A stretch of DNA of 64,000 nucleotides from Lama glama (taxonomy: Eukaryota), in assembly GCA_028534125.1 (NCBI GenBank), contig CM052817.1, positions 89,778,001-89,842,000 on the forward strand. The letters are read 5' to 3'. Below the pieces are notes generated by a model. That model saw only the letters and a list, made by a program, of their open reading frames with translations. It did not search any database and had not been told where the DNA came from. The translations under genes were made by a program, and so were the position numbers. Positions 40,353 through 53,229 of this stretch are shown here, in pieces. How positions within the stretch are numbered: position 1 is the stretch's first letter; every line of letters starts with the position of its first letter.

Positions 40353-43300
40353 AAATTCTATGAATGAATTAAATATACTCATTCAAACCTTAAAAAGAAA
40401 TTTCATTCAATATGTCTAAGATTCTGCTAATGGTGAAATCAATTGGTCAATAGAAAGAAGCTAGGCTTGATGTCAGACAAAATCAGTACTGAATTCTACT
40501 TCTGTGGGTCCTGCTCAAGTTACATCAAGTAACATCTGAGCTATAGTTTCCTTATTTTAAAAATAGAGATAAATATTTCTATTTCAGAGTTATAATGAGA
40601 TTGTGATTAAAAATAAAACATATAACCTAGTGTCTAGAATATAGTAGATAATTAATAAGTTAGTTTGCTATTGTAACATGTTTTGGATGAGTAGGAACTT
40701 TATAAGAATAATAGTAATTATGAGCATTTACTTGAGTATTTACTATGTGCCAGGTACTAGGCAAGATGCTCCGCATATGCTGTCTTAAGTAGCATTTAAT
40801 TTATTAAATACATTACACCATTTTATATGCATTTGATTTATGTCTCAGAGACTGATACAATTAATTCATTCAATAGATAAGCATAGTTTTGTTCCAAATG
40901 CAATGTCAACTACTATTAATAAAAATTACAAGATTATCTTTAAAATATAGTTGAAAGATCAAAAAACAGAATACTGACAGAAAATCTCAAATTAGTATAC
41001 ATATTTTTTAACAGACAAGGAGTTGTAGTTTAAAGAGTAAACCTAGATTTCCAGTAACATAAGAGAGTAATTCATACTAAATGATAGAAATTACATAATT
41101 TCAATGTGGTACAGCCAGTGGCTGTCTTGTACAAAAAATGTGTATTGCATAGTCTATAAATATTTGGGTTTAAAATATGTAAAAACAGACACAATTGTTA
41201 AGTTTCAGTGTGATGCATATACTAGTATGGGCTCTATTGTTATAAAGACTCAAAATATTACACTAATAGTTCATTATTCATTGATTTCACATTTGAAAGC
41301 ATAGGCTGAGAAAACTAATCATATGAGCACATACATTTTCAGAAACATGTAACCATCTGGAGTACCTTAAGCAGCAGAAGCCAATATTTCTGCTGTTATT
41401 TTCATTACAAGCCTTTCAATAACACTCTCTCCAGACAAGCAGGGAGCCAAGAAAAGAAATTAGTGGCCATTCAAGGACATGGCTCAAAGACAATTCTGTT
41501 CCACTAGTGTATGTGTAGCTTTTCTTAAAAGATGTGATAAATTTCCCACAAATGCGGTTTGTCCAAGACCAACATCTATTCAGACCATAAAATGGAGGGA
41601 AAAAAATGGTTCATTTAAACAACCTTCTTAATGTCAGAGAATTTTTAGCTGAAGAAAGACACTGCCTTTATTGCTAGCTTATAGTGAATGAATAATTCAG
41701 AATGAAAGCAGTTGCAGCATAAAGATAAAATTACATAAATCAAAGGGTAGATGCTCGAGCCAAATATATTCAGAAAAAAATCACATTTTCTACTCTTCTA
41801 TTTACTTAGACGGTTATTTTGTTTACGCAGATGTTCCAAAAATTACCATTACACTAGTTATTTTTGCAATATTTATAATCTACTAAAAATACTTGCTCTA
41901 AGAAATTTTCGTTCTCTATTTAACACATCCTTAAGCCTGATTTGTTTCTTGTTGTCCAGCAGAATCTATACATTAATAACAGGCAAAGTTCCAGGTAAAT
42001 GACCATTTAAGACCAGGATAGAGAGTGAGAAGGGGGGAGGGAATTAATAATTATAGAATGCCTCTTACATGTTAGGTGGCAGGTGGCTTACTATTTCATT
42101 TTATTCTTTTCCCCTACAATAGCTTCCTGAGTTATAATAACTATTCTGATTTTTAGATAAAGATAGCTTAGTGTAATTTTTTATTGCCTAAAATCACACA
42201 ACTACAAAGAGGTGGAATCACATCTGAATAGTCTGATCCAAACCTCCATTTCTTTCCAGTGTATAAGAGAACAACCCAAACATTTTAAGTCATCATTAAA
42301 GCACAAGTGGCTTTAAGACAGAGTATTTTTTTTAAAAAGACAGAAATTACAAAGCTTTAAGCCCAGAATTTAAAAATTGGATGGCTAGTAGTTGGATGAT
42401 TTAAATAAATTTTATTTTAAACACCTTGACTTTGGGGGTACCTTTCAACAACATGATTTTTCCCCTTGTTAACACAGAGTCACTTTTTAATACACGGATT
42501 TCTGGGTTTACTTGCAAAAGAAATCTTAGCCTGAAGCTCACTGCTTGGAAATGGGCCTCTCCTCTGATTAGATTCATGCTAAAATCCACCACATGTCAAA
42601 TCGACTTAAGAATAAAAAGCCATATTTGCACAATTGCCTGAATAGCTTATTGATTCAGATTTTTTAAAATAGTGAGTTCAGCAAAATCAGAAGAGCAACA
42701 AAACCAATCATTTCAGCCCAAATGGTTAATTCCTTAGCTGCATGCACTCACGAATAGAAGATGGGGCTATCTCCATCTACATAAGGCTGCACATTGTCAC
42801 TTACTGTGTGCATAACCTATTTCCTTACCAAGGACGAAATCAATGCTGCTACATTTTGCCCAGCATTGGCTTGCAATATTCATAGAAATTTATTTTAGAG
42901 AAGGTCAATTTTGATGTGTAAATTTTTATATTCTGTGTATATATAAATTATTAGTGTTTCTGCATAAAATAATCATCAGTAATAAAATATTCTTTTAGCC
43001 CCTATTGGTTTTTTAATTATACCAAGTTCTACGGTGTGGTTTTCTTTTCAGGAGTCTGTAACAAGGCAAATAATTGAATAGAATTATTGAAGCTTTCAGG
43101 TAAAAAAGTTCACCAGAAACAACATCCACATGGGTGCATTAAACAAAGAATTATCTCAGAAATTATCTCTATTATACATTTTTTCAACTTCCGTATGGAT
43201 GCCCCAAGCAAGAAAGTATGTTTCTACCTACATAGTAAACAGGTCCTTTGACTGACTTTTGAAACCTTTAAATCCTTTCCCTCAGACCTCTACTCTTTAG

Positions 43301-44159
43301 ACCTACATTTACCATTAAAGAAGTCTGCATCCTCATTTACATGCCAGAATACACTTGATGTTCTATGAGTTAAAAATAAGAACTAATTGGGGTTGGAAAA
43401 TCACCATATTTTTGACCTCATAAACAAAATAGTCACATAAGCCATTTTCCATTATTTCAGTACAAAAATTATTCTTTTATACAGAGGACCATAACAGTAG
43501 AGAACAGAAATGACTTTCTGGCAGCTAATACGCATTTTTTCAAATCTTTGTTGTTAAAAATTGGTGTACTTATCAAAAACAAATAGCCTATTAGACCAAT
43601 TCTAAATTATCACCATTGAAAGTAGTTATCCCTTTAATTGGTCTATATTTTATATTATATGAGATGTATTTGCATCTGCTACATCAAAATTAAAAATAAA
43701 GCTAGTATATAGCTTGCTATTTTATACACTCTTGTCACTTGAAAATTTATAGAAAATGAAGACTTGATGCTGTAAATTTGAGATGCAGTTGCTATGACAA
43801 CTAAGAGACACAAAACTGCATACCACCAAATGGTATTTGAATATCAGAAAGAATCTACTACATTGTGTATTATTCTTCCTCTGGATTTAAATAAAAATAA
43901 TTTAGTGCTTTATTTTGTTTTTGAATAGGTGCATTTGTTATAATTTTAGCACAGGAGGTTGGTTTAAGAAAAACTATATAGATATTTAACAAATGAATCA
44001 TTACAATTCCATGTCTTTTCTGAAATTTCTGACCTGCATAATTATGCCACAGTGAAACACTTTTCTTTGTATAAAATAAAGTTGTAATAAATATAATATT
44101 CAGTGATTTAACATATAATATTTGGTAAATTAAATGGTTCTGCGATACAGTCACCCTAA

Positions 44160-44460
44160 CATAAAGTTTTCAAAGCACATACCTAAGCCTAACCCCTTCT
44201 CAGATCTTTATCGTCACATTTTCATTGGTGTTTTGTTGTCTCCACTAGAGTGTCCTCATAAGCACTTCAACATATTTCCAAACTGAACATATTTGCTTTC
44301 CCTAAACCTGCCTCCTTTCATATTCCTTAAATTTTGCTACCGGCAACACTGTCTTCCCAATTACTCAGGCTCAAACATCAGAGTCATGTTTGACTTTTTC
44401 TTCTCCTTGTCATCATTCTTTAATTCATTGACTAATCCTATTGAGTCTACCAAGAGAATA
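44160..44460 (+). mobile_element. L2 relic
   Basis: 'gcacttcaacatatttccaaactgaac...ccaaattactcaggctcaaacatcagagtcatgtttgact' is L2-like. Confidence 0.65.
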
Positions 44461-46339
44461 ACTACCGGTGTCGTTTCAGTTTCAGTATCAGTTCAATACT
44501 TGTACTGTCAGAAGTAAAGTTAATTTTATAGTAATAAAAGCTTACCCATTTGATGTTAAATAAATACATGTCCCAAAGTAGGACTTACTGTAGTAACAAG
44601 GGAATGAAGGGAATGGGGAGATGGAGCAGTGGAAGGGGTCAGAGGGGCAGGTGACAACAAGGCTGAAAAGCATCCATATTACACTGCTTGGTTTTATTCT
44701 GTGGTTATTAACAAACCAAGAGAGGTTTTTCAGAAGAGAAATTACTTAAGAAAATTTTGGAGGAAGTAATTCTTGTGGAAATACAGAGAATGAATTAAAG
44801 AGAGGAATTAGCAGCAGAAAACCAGATAGAAATCTCTTATTATAGTTGAGGAAATAGACAATGAGGATATAATATAGGGTATTAGTAGCAGGATTTTAAA
44901 AGATCTGATGACTTGAAAACCTGTCTTGGTGCTTTAAAGCAAAAGACACATTGCCTGCTTAAAGAAAGGGAGAGAGTAGTATTGCAGGAGGAATTTGAAA
45001 GATAGTATTTAATCAATGAATGGGGAAAATGGAGAGGGTCCTTGATTAGGAAAGAAGAAACACAAAGAATGAGCAGTGCAGTGCTTGTTTATGGACAATA
45101 ACATTATTTTTATAAATGAGAAACCTGAAAGAATAGGCAAACTGGAAAAGGAAAAATATGTTTAATATCTTTATTTTTAAAAGTCATATCATAAGGAGAC
45201 CTTTTATAAAAATCATTTGCTAAATATCATAAACTCCTCTTTAGGATTCTGAATTATTTTAATATAAGACAACTTGATAAAATGAATAACCAGTAATCTA
45301 ATTTTAAGCAATTTTGATAAACTCATTAATCTGAAATTTACTAGCTATGTGCATGTACAATCAGAACTGTACAAAATAAATGTGTATTTTATTTATGGGA
45401 TAATTTTAGAATAAATAAAAACACTGAACAAAACTTCAATAGATCGCATTTCAACATATTTTGAGATGAAATGAATAAAGACAAAAAGGAATAGAGAAAA
45501 GCAAATACAAATAGACAAAGAGGGGGAAGAGAATGAGAAGCATGGCAATTCATAGAGCAAACCTAGAGAAAGGCCCAGAAACTGAAGGCACTGAAAGGGA
45601 CAAGTGGAGGAAAATCTAGATACTGAAACAAAGATTAGTCAAAATTGTGTAATAAGGATTTAGAATAGGTCATGTTCTCCATTGCATTTCTCTAGATAAT
45701 AGTTCTTCTTCCACATTAGGAAATTCTTTGGTAAAGAAACTAAATTAGAAAGTCTCCAGCATAGACATACTCAAACAGATACTCAGCAGTGTGGAACTCA
45801 GGAATCTCTGTTTTGTTACAAAATCTTTAAAGTATGTGAATTTTTTATTTACAAAAGCAATATAAGTTTTTACATTTCAAAAAGCATACACAAGAAACTG
45901 TTATGGTAGTTACTCTTCTCAATCAAGCTAAATAAAGGGAATAAACCTCTAGACTGATAGAGACATCTTTACTTTTTAACCAACATATTTTGTTTCAAAA
46001 TATTCTAAATTTTTAACCAGGCCACACATAACTCATAAGCCCATGATTTTATAAAATGATTGTGTTATGCCAAGATTCTACTAACAGCTATATTTGCCTT
46101 TTTCTCTAGAGTGCACCCAATGTTATGACAATAAATATTGCCTACTTATTTTCAAGCCTCCAAGGCATCTCCCAACTCAATGCCATTGTGATTTAAATTC
46201 CTTTTTTACGTTCCTTTCCACCTGTGGTTCTCTGTGTCTGCAATGCTATATTCCTAAATTTCTACGCGGCTTCTTCCCTCCCTCAATTCAGGTATTTGTT
46301 CATCAAAAGTCACCTCATTATAAAGAACTTCCTGGACCA

Positions 46340-47380
46340 ACTTGCAAAACAACCCCTCAAGGGTGGTGGGGGAGATAATGACCTAAGTGATTTTAGAATA
46401 GAGTGGAATCTATAAAACTAAAGAGAAGGGAACTGTACATAAACATTGTACATCATTTAGAAAAATTTATTCCTCAAGGGGATAGATGTTAATATGTCTC
46501 AAACTACTATACGTTTATACCAGGATTGAACAAATAAGTAGCAGAGGAAAGGAACCATATCTCTCACTGTTGAAGAGGGAGGTTGCGATAAGCAAGGTAG
46601 GTGGTGTAGAATGAATCACATAATACTGGATTACAGTTGGAGTCACTAGTTAAGTATAGGTTTATGTTTAGGTTAATATAGACATAGATGGACATACATA
46701 GCAAGAATTATTAATTACAGTGGGAATTATACATGGATTAGTATATATACATATATTTCCAAGCTTTTTGCTGAAAGAGTCTAGAAAGCATGACTGTGTC
46801 CAGATATTGGTTTCTAATATCTTTCCCAGTAAAAGATACCAGGACTCCTTAGAGAAATGGCTGATTCTGTGGCTGAAACAGAGAATATACAAGATGAGAC
46901 TGGAGCATCCTGAACTGCCAGAAAGTAAGGAAGTATTTTTTTTAAATAATAAAACTAAATAATAATAACATATCAAGGAACACAGGAGACAACTGAATGA
47001 TCACCCAATGGAGATTTTTTTAAAGGAACTTTTAAAGTCCTCAAAAACAAGGAAAATCTTAAGAACTGTCATGATCTAGAAAATCTTAAAATCTAGAAAA
47101 TCTTAAGAACTGTCACGATCTAGAGATAAGAAGACATGATGACTAAATGTGATATGTAACCTGAATGGTATCCTGGAACAGAAAAAGGACAAAGAAAAAT
47201 AAAGTATGGATTATAATCAATTTGGTCAATATTGCTTCATTAAATTGGACAAATGTATCATACCAAAATAAGCTATTACCAATGGAGTAAATTGTCTGCA
47301 TAGTACAGGAGTGTATCTGTACAAATTTTCTGTAAATTTAAGACTGTTGTAAAATGTTTTAAACTATAAAAAAGAATAAA
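46340..47380 (+). mobile_element. Old L1M (L1MC/MD-like) 3' region
   Basis: 'ctggagcatcctgaactgccagaaagtaaggaagt...atgatgactaaatgt...atcctggaacagaaaaaggaca'. Confidence 0.75.
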
Positions 47381-47424
47381 ATAAAATATCTCAACCTCAA
47401 TTTCTAACCCCATACAAACTTTTT

Positions 47425-48360
47425 CAATTGTTTTTATCATGGTAAAATATACATAAAGTTTACCATTTAAGCTATTTTTAAGTGTATAGTTCAGTAACAT
47501 TGAGTACATTTACATTGCTGTGTCACCATCATCCATACACCTCAGAAGATTTTTCATCATTCCAAGTTGAAATTAAAATCATTAAATAATAACATGCTAT
47601 TTATTCCTTCTACCCAGCCTCTGCTAACTGCTATTCAATTTTCTGTCTCTATGAACTTGACAATTTTAGGTACCTCATATAAGTGGAACCATACAATACT
47701 TGTCTTTTTGTGTTTAGTTTTATCTCACTTAGCATAATATCTTTAAAGTTCATCCATGTTGTAGTATATATTAGAATTTCATTCATTTACAAGTCTGAAT
47801 AATAGTCCAGTGTATGAACATACCACATTTTGTTTATCTGTCAATGAACATTTGGGATGTTCCCACCAGTGGCTATTGGGAATAATGCCACTACAGATGT
47901 TACTGTAGAATATGTGTTTAAGTCTGTGATTTCAATTACTTGGGGTATATACCCAGAAATGGAATTAATGACTCATATGGTAATTCTATATTAATATTTT
48001 GTGGAACCTCCATACTGTTCTCTACAATGGCTGCACCAATTTACATCCCCACTAGCAATGCACAAGGGCTCCGATTTCTCCACATACTTGCCAACATTTG
48101 TTATTTTCTGTCTTTTTGTTTGTTGTTTTTCTTTTGATTATGATAGCCATCCTAATGGGTGTGAAGTGGTATCTCATCGTGGTTTTGATTTGCATTTCCC
48201 TATAGTTTAGTGACGATGAACATCTTTCTAAGTGCTCTTTGGCTATGTTTAAATCTTCTTTGGAAAAAAGTCTATACAGGTCTTTACCCATTTTTTTTAA
48301 CTGGATTGTTTGTGCTTTGATATGAAGTTGTGGAACTTCTTTACATATTCTGGTATCCCA
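47425..48360 (-). mobile_element. L1MB-like 3' end
   Basis: Minus-strand ORF 48052-48363 reads [21 protein letters not shown]...NNKCW (L1 ORF2 C-terminus), followed by a 3' UTR. Confidence 0.92.
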
Positions 48361-48680
48361 CACATACTTTTTATTTTCTTAGCACTAATCACCTCATATA
48401 ACATATAAAGTATATTATAATTTAATCATATAATATATACCCAAATAATACATTATCTTTATAGTTTTTTCACTTGGTCATTTTTATCTCTTGCCATTAA
48501 ATGTAAATTCCTTTAAGGTAGTGAGTTTGCTTCATTCACTTTTGTAACCAAACCACTTAAAAAAAAATGGGGCATACAATAAGTACCTAAAAAAGATTTG
48601 CTGATTGACAGAACTAACAAACTAATGAAAGTTTAGAAAACAATAGGTGTTCAACAAATTTTGCATCATCTTGTATCTTT

Positions 48681-48681
48681 A

Positions 48682-48712
<31 letters not shown>

Positions 48713-49710
48713 TTTTTACTGAAGTATAGTCACTTTACAATGTGTCAATTTCTAGGGTACAGAACAATACTTCATACAGGAACATTTACATATTCACTTT
48801 CATTTTCCTTTTCACCATAAGTTACTATAAGATATTGAATATAGCTCCCTGTACTATACAGTATAAACTTGTATGTATGTGTGTGTGCGTGTGTGTGTGT
48901 GTATGTGTATACATATGTTAGTATCTGCAAATCTCGAAATCCCAATTTATCCCCTTCCCTCCCCCTTCCCACCCTGGTAACCATAAGTTTGTTTTCTATG
49001 TCTGTGAGTCTGTTTCTGTTTTGCAGATAAGTTCATTTGTCTCTCTTTTTTTTTAAGATTCCACAGATAAGTAATATCATATGGTATTTTTCTTTCTCTT
49101 TCTAGCTTACTTCACTTAGAATGATGATCTCCATGTCCATCCATGTTGCTAAAAATAGCATTATTTTATTATTTTTTATGGCTGAGTAGTATTCGATTGT
49201 ATAAATATATCACAGCTTCTTTAGTCATCTGTCGATGGACACTTAGGTTGTTTTCATGTCTTGGCTATTGTAAATAGTGCTGCTATGAACATTAGGGTGC
49301 ATGTGTCTTTTTGAATTAAGATCCCCACTGGATATGCCCAGGAGTGGGATTGCTGGATCATATAAGTCTATTTTCAGTCTTTTGAGGAAGCTTCATACTG
49401 TTTTCCATAATAGCTGTACCAAACTACATTCCCACCAACAGTGTAGGAGGATTCCCTTTTCTTCACAGCCTCTTCAGCATTTACTGTTTGTGGACTTTTG
49501 AATGACGGCCATTCTGACTGGTGTGAGGTGATACCTCATTGTAGTTCTGATTTCCATTTCTCTGATAATTAGCGATAATGAGAATTTTTCATGTGCCTAT
49601 TGGCCATTTTATGTCTTCATTGGAGAATTGCTTGTTTAGGTCTTCTGCCTATTTTTGGATTGGGTTGCTATTTTCTAGTTAAGTTGTATGAGCTGTTTAT
49701 ATATTCTGGC
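48681..49710 (-). mobile_element. Young 5'-truncated L1 (3' ~1 kb) with poly(T)/(TA)n tail and internal (TG)n
   Basis: (TA)n plus T15 at 48681-48717, followed by an antisense L1 3' UTR and ORF2 C-terminus similar to 21.6-22.5 kb. Confidence 0.94.
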
Positions 49711-50440
49711 TTTTACTTTTTTCTTTTGATTTGTAGTGGCATCTTCTTTTTTGCTTTGATTTTTGCATTGCTTTACTCCACAAAAATTTCAGAATTCCAT
49801 GCTTTTTCAAGGATAAAACATTTACCCTATTCATTTAGAATTTTATTTTCATTACATAGCTTTTCTCAAATTACACATTGCATAAAGTTCAATAATTTTG
49901 TAGGAAGGATGCTCAAGGATTTACTGTCACAAAGTTTTACAACCTTTTTTGGTCTGTGCAATTTATTATTCAAAACAAAAATAAGTCTATTTTCAATCCT
50001 TTATATAAATGGGGTCAAACCTGAACCTAACTAAAATCTTGCAACAAAATTCCCTGAATTCACATTAAATGAAGCTGAAATTAATTGTTGAGTTTCTTGC
50101 AAAACACATAAATAAAACTGCAAATAAATTTACTGAGATATTAATCATTTCTTTTTTTTTAAATTTGACTCCTGATATGTAGAGTTATTTTAATAAGTGA
50201 AGATACACTTAATGTAAGTAAGCATAAGATTTTTCTTTCCATTTTTGTCTATTCTCCATTATTATGTACTTGGAATTTAAAAGGAATCTGGCATGCACAA
50301 ATGTTAATTAGTACTCCTGCATAATGCAGTTTTTGCTAGAATAAAAAAATTACGTTTAAATGGGGTCTTATTTTCTTGCTACTTTTCTCTCATTTAATGC
50401 ATTTTCCTCTAGTAGAAGTTAGAGTACGTTAAAAGCCAAG

Positions 50441-50850
50441 GTGTGTCAGATAAGGCAGATTGTGGGAATCAAAGTCCACTCCAATCTTCTAGCGTATGTT
50501 CTGCTAAAACTGGAAAGTCTAAGCTACACTTTTCCAGACTCGCTTTTATCCCAAGTTCTCATGTGACCACTATGGAAAATGTCATAAAAAAGAAAATGGA
50601 ATTAGGGAGATTAGATCATGTGGTAGAAGTATTTTATTCTTCTGATTATAGCTGCATTAAATTCTACCACTTGATTTCCTAGATTAATAGGCTCAAGGTA
50701 ACCTGCATCAAGAACAGTGGAGCTTTGTTGCTGTGTAGCATCCAGGCTTGTTTTTGTTTTCTTTCCATATACTGAGAAAGCTTCTAAAATTCTCTGGTAA
50801 ATCTCTTTAAAGTGGATATTGTGATTAAAAGACTGAAATCCTGACCTATA
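50441..50850 (+). mobile_element. Old ERVL-class LTR (LTR33-like)
   Basis: 'gctaaaactggaaagtctaagctacacttttccagactcgctt...catgtgacc'; ends 'aatcctgacctata'. Confidence 0.55.
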
Positions 50851-51923
50851 AAAAAGACAGACTCCTAAAACTCCATATCCATTCTACTTTATAACATTAA
50901 TTATAATTTATTATTTCTTAATGTAATTGCCCTTCGCCTTAAATAGACTTGTCAAAAAACAATGTTTAAATAAACATGTTATCATAACTGCTTCTGGGAG
51001 AAGGGAGTTTAGATGATAAGAGTAGACGAAAAAACGTATTTTTCACTGTCCACTATTTTGTAAATACTTGATTTTCTCCAACTGCAAGTTTACCTTCCAG
51101 GTAATCATATACATACTTTAAAATATTTTAAGCTATCATACCCATAACAATTTACATCTAATTTAAGCAATTCCTTCTAATTTTTTAGATTGATTACTGT
51201 TAATGGATGTTGCCTCAGTCCCGGTGCTGCCTTCTACTTGTATTGTTTGTCTAGTAATAACTAAAAAGCCGTTGTGGATACATCCTGGAGCTGTTTACTG
51301 TCCCTTACAAGAGAGAATCTTAGTTTATAGACTTATCTAACCTTCTTCATTGACACTTTATAGTATATGCCCTGGTGGACCATAAAAATGCTCAGTTAAT
51401 GCTAAAAAGACCCATCTCCTTCTTCAAGAGGTTTATTTTACCCACAGTTTTATATGACCATCGTGACTTTCCTCATGTTGTTCAGTGCTTCCCATTTTTA
51501 GTTTTCCTTCAGAGACCCTTAGGAAGAACAGGATTTGCTGTCCTTATAAATCTTTAAATTTTTACTATCTGTTTCCACCAAAAAGTATCAATGATAAAAT
51601 CATGTTGAGATTATGTATTTGAAAACCTAGAACTATATATAATATTTAAAAGTTTAAATTAAATGTGAGAAATCTTGCAGTAGTGACTAGCACAAATAGA
51701 AAGCTATAAGCACATACTGAAATGAAAAATGCAAAGAAAATGTCATGCACTCCTCTGCTGTATTTAAGTGTAAGTGTTCCACAGAAAATGAAGTGCTGGC
51801 ACTAACATCATCAATGTGTTTATTCTTGTGAAGAGTGAACATCTTAATGTCATCTGAATAAATAATGTGGTTTGTGCTGAACTGATCTCTGAAGAAAGTA
51901 TAAGGAATGTACCTAGAGGGGCT

Positions 51924-53219
51924 TCATTTACTCTGGTGAATAAACTTGCATGCTTGTGTGGGTGTCATATTTATATGCAGATGAACTGAACACCTGGAAT
52001 CTTAAAAATAAACCGTAAGCTACTTACAAACTTCTCTTTGCATTTAGTGTACCAGTATATAAATATTCACTGAGGAAAAAATCATCCCTTAGAAACTAAT
52101 ATTTTATAGTTAGTTTTTCTAGTATACAAGAACATTGAACTCCACAGGATGCCGAAGTACATCATAATGATTTAAGTGTAACTTTTCTTCCATGTTTTTC
52201 TTATTTATTGCTTTATATATAAATTCATCATTTTCTAGGAATGGTATGGAACAAACTGTATGATATTGACTTTTCCCCTTTCTAAAATTCCTAATGCAAA
52301 TTCATTTGAACACTGTGAAATGTTCAAAAGAAGAAGGGACAAAACCAGTCCTCTAGGATCTTTGAATGCAATTCAAAATAGTCACCATCAGATGGTGATG
52401 GAAGCTGAACAGACAAGGACTCTTCTCTACTTTTATACTAAACATAGAGAGCTCTGGATGTACAGGTACCCAAATTATAAACAATCTGTAAATAACAAAA
52501 CATGTTGGGTAGGCCCAAGGTCTATAGCTAGTCATATATGGAATTGGTTACATCCAACCACCAGTATCTACACTTGGATTTGATGTTTAGAAAGTGTCAT
52601 CAAGTTGTTGTTTCTCCTTTCCTTATTTCTACTTATTGACTTATATCTCACTTACATTTGCAGCTGAAGAGTCCATTGGAATTACAGGGGACTTGGATTT
52701 AACCCACATTGAAACTGTATCATATAAACATTTTTGAGGTAAACCTGAACTGACATCAGTTAAATATACTACAAATTCGGGCTCTGTTCTGATGACTGAA
52801 ATTCTTCCAAAATTAGAGGGTTTAAAGAGAACCAGTGATACATCCAGTACCAAAACTAGACGTCATCCAGTCACTGTGGCACCATTTTGGTGGTGGTGCT
52901 CATGGAGCTTTAGGGTAAATATCTATGTCTTTCTTTTGTCTGATTCTGTGAATCCAAAGAATTCATCATTTACAGCTATAATTTTTTGGTCCTTGGCAAT
53001 TTCGCAGTGGAATGCTTCCTGATGGTATGTAACACAGACCTATGGCGCTTTAACCCTCTTCCATTAAAACCAGCAATGACATGTACTAATTGAAACACCT
53101 ATAATGTTCATAATTTTCTGGCTTGGTTAAAGGGGTTGCCAGGTAGGGGTGGGGGACGGCCAATGGCTCCCAATTCCACCACATTACAGAGGAAGCTTGG
53201 GGCAGTTAGTATTCAGTGA
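51924..53219 (-). pseudogene. Fossil piggyBac-superfamily transposase (frameshifted, C-terminal ~430 codons)
   Basis: Minus-strand three-frame translation gives, in piggyBac order: KLP (53198), HW.S..PYLATP (53165-53131), IAVNDE (52979-52962, first catalytic D), YLP*K (52921), KWCHSDWMTS (52887-52858), VVYL...GL.QK (52772), SPL*F (52693), WLD/PIPYMTSY (52560-52524), PNM...VYN (52509-52474), FHHHLMVTILNC (52403-52368), EFALGILER (52303-52277), and NAKRS/CK*LTVYF*DSRCSVHLHINMTPTQACKFIHQSK* (52044-51924). Confidence 0.75.
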
Positions 53220-53229
53220 GAACAACAGT

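Noticed and set aside
43052..43099. Exon-like segment (tttcttttcag...CAG|gtaaaa)
   Set aside because: All three frames contain stops and the donor is weak, so there is no support for a coding exon.
49591..50034. Longest ORF in the window (147 aa, hydrophobic)
   Set aside because: It starts in antisense L1 and runs into T-rich flank, a compositional artefact.
52641..52853. Minus-strand ORF ending near a GTAAGT donor-like site, read as an exon of a cellular gene or a processed pseudogene
   Set aside because: No acceptor or partner exons, no recognisable parent gene and no poly(A) with TSD. It lies inside the transposase fossil.
53050..53060. TTAACCCTCTT resembling a piggyBac terminus
   Set aside because: It falls inside the inferred transposase coding region and has no matching inverted partner, so it is treated as chance.
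51900..53215. Endogenous bornavirus-like G-M element (scattered matches such as IIG, NDE, LEEF, DTG.GW, IPFL, DDF, FLR and PLG to remembered BDV G and M)
   Set aside because: The matches are 3-4 residues long, need large insertions and score weakly. The same DNA is explained better, end to end, by piggyBac transposase motifs. A translated search against Bornaviridae would settle it.
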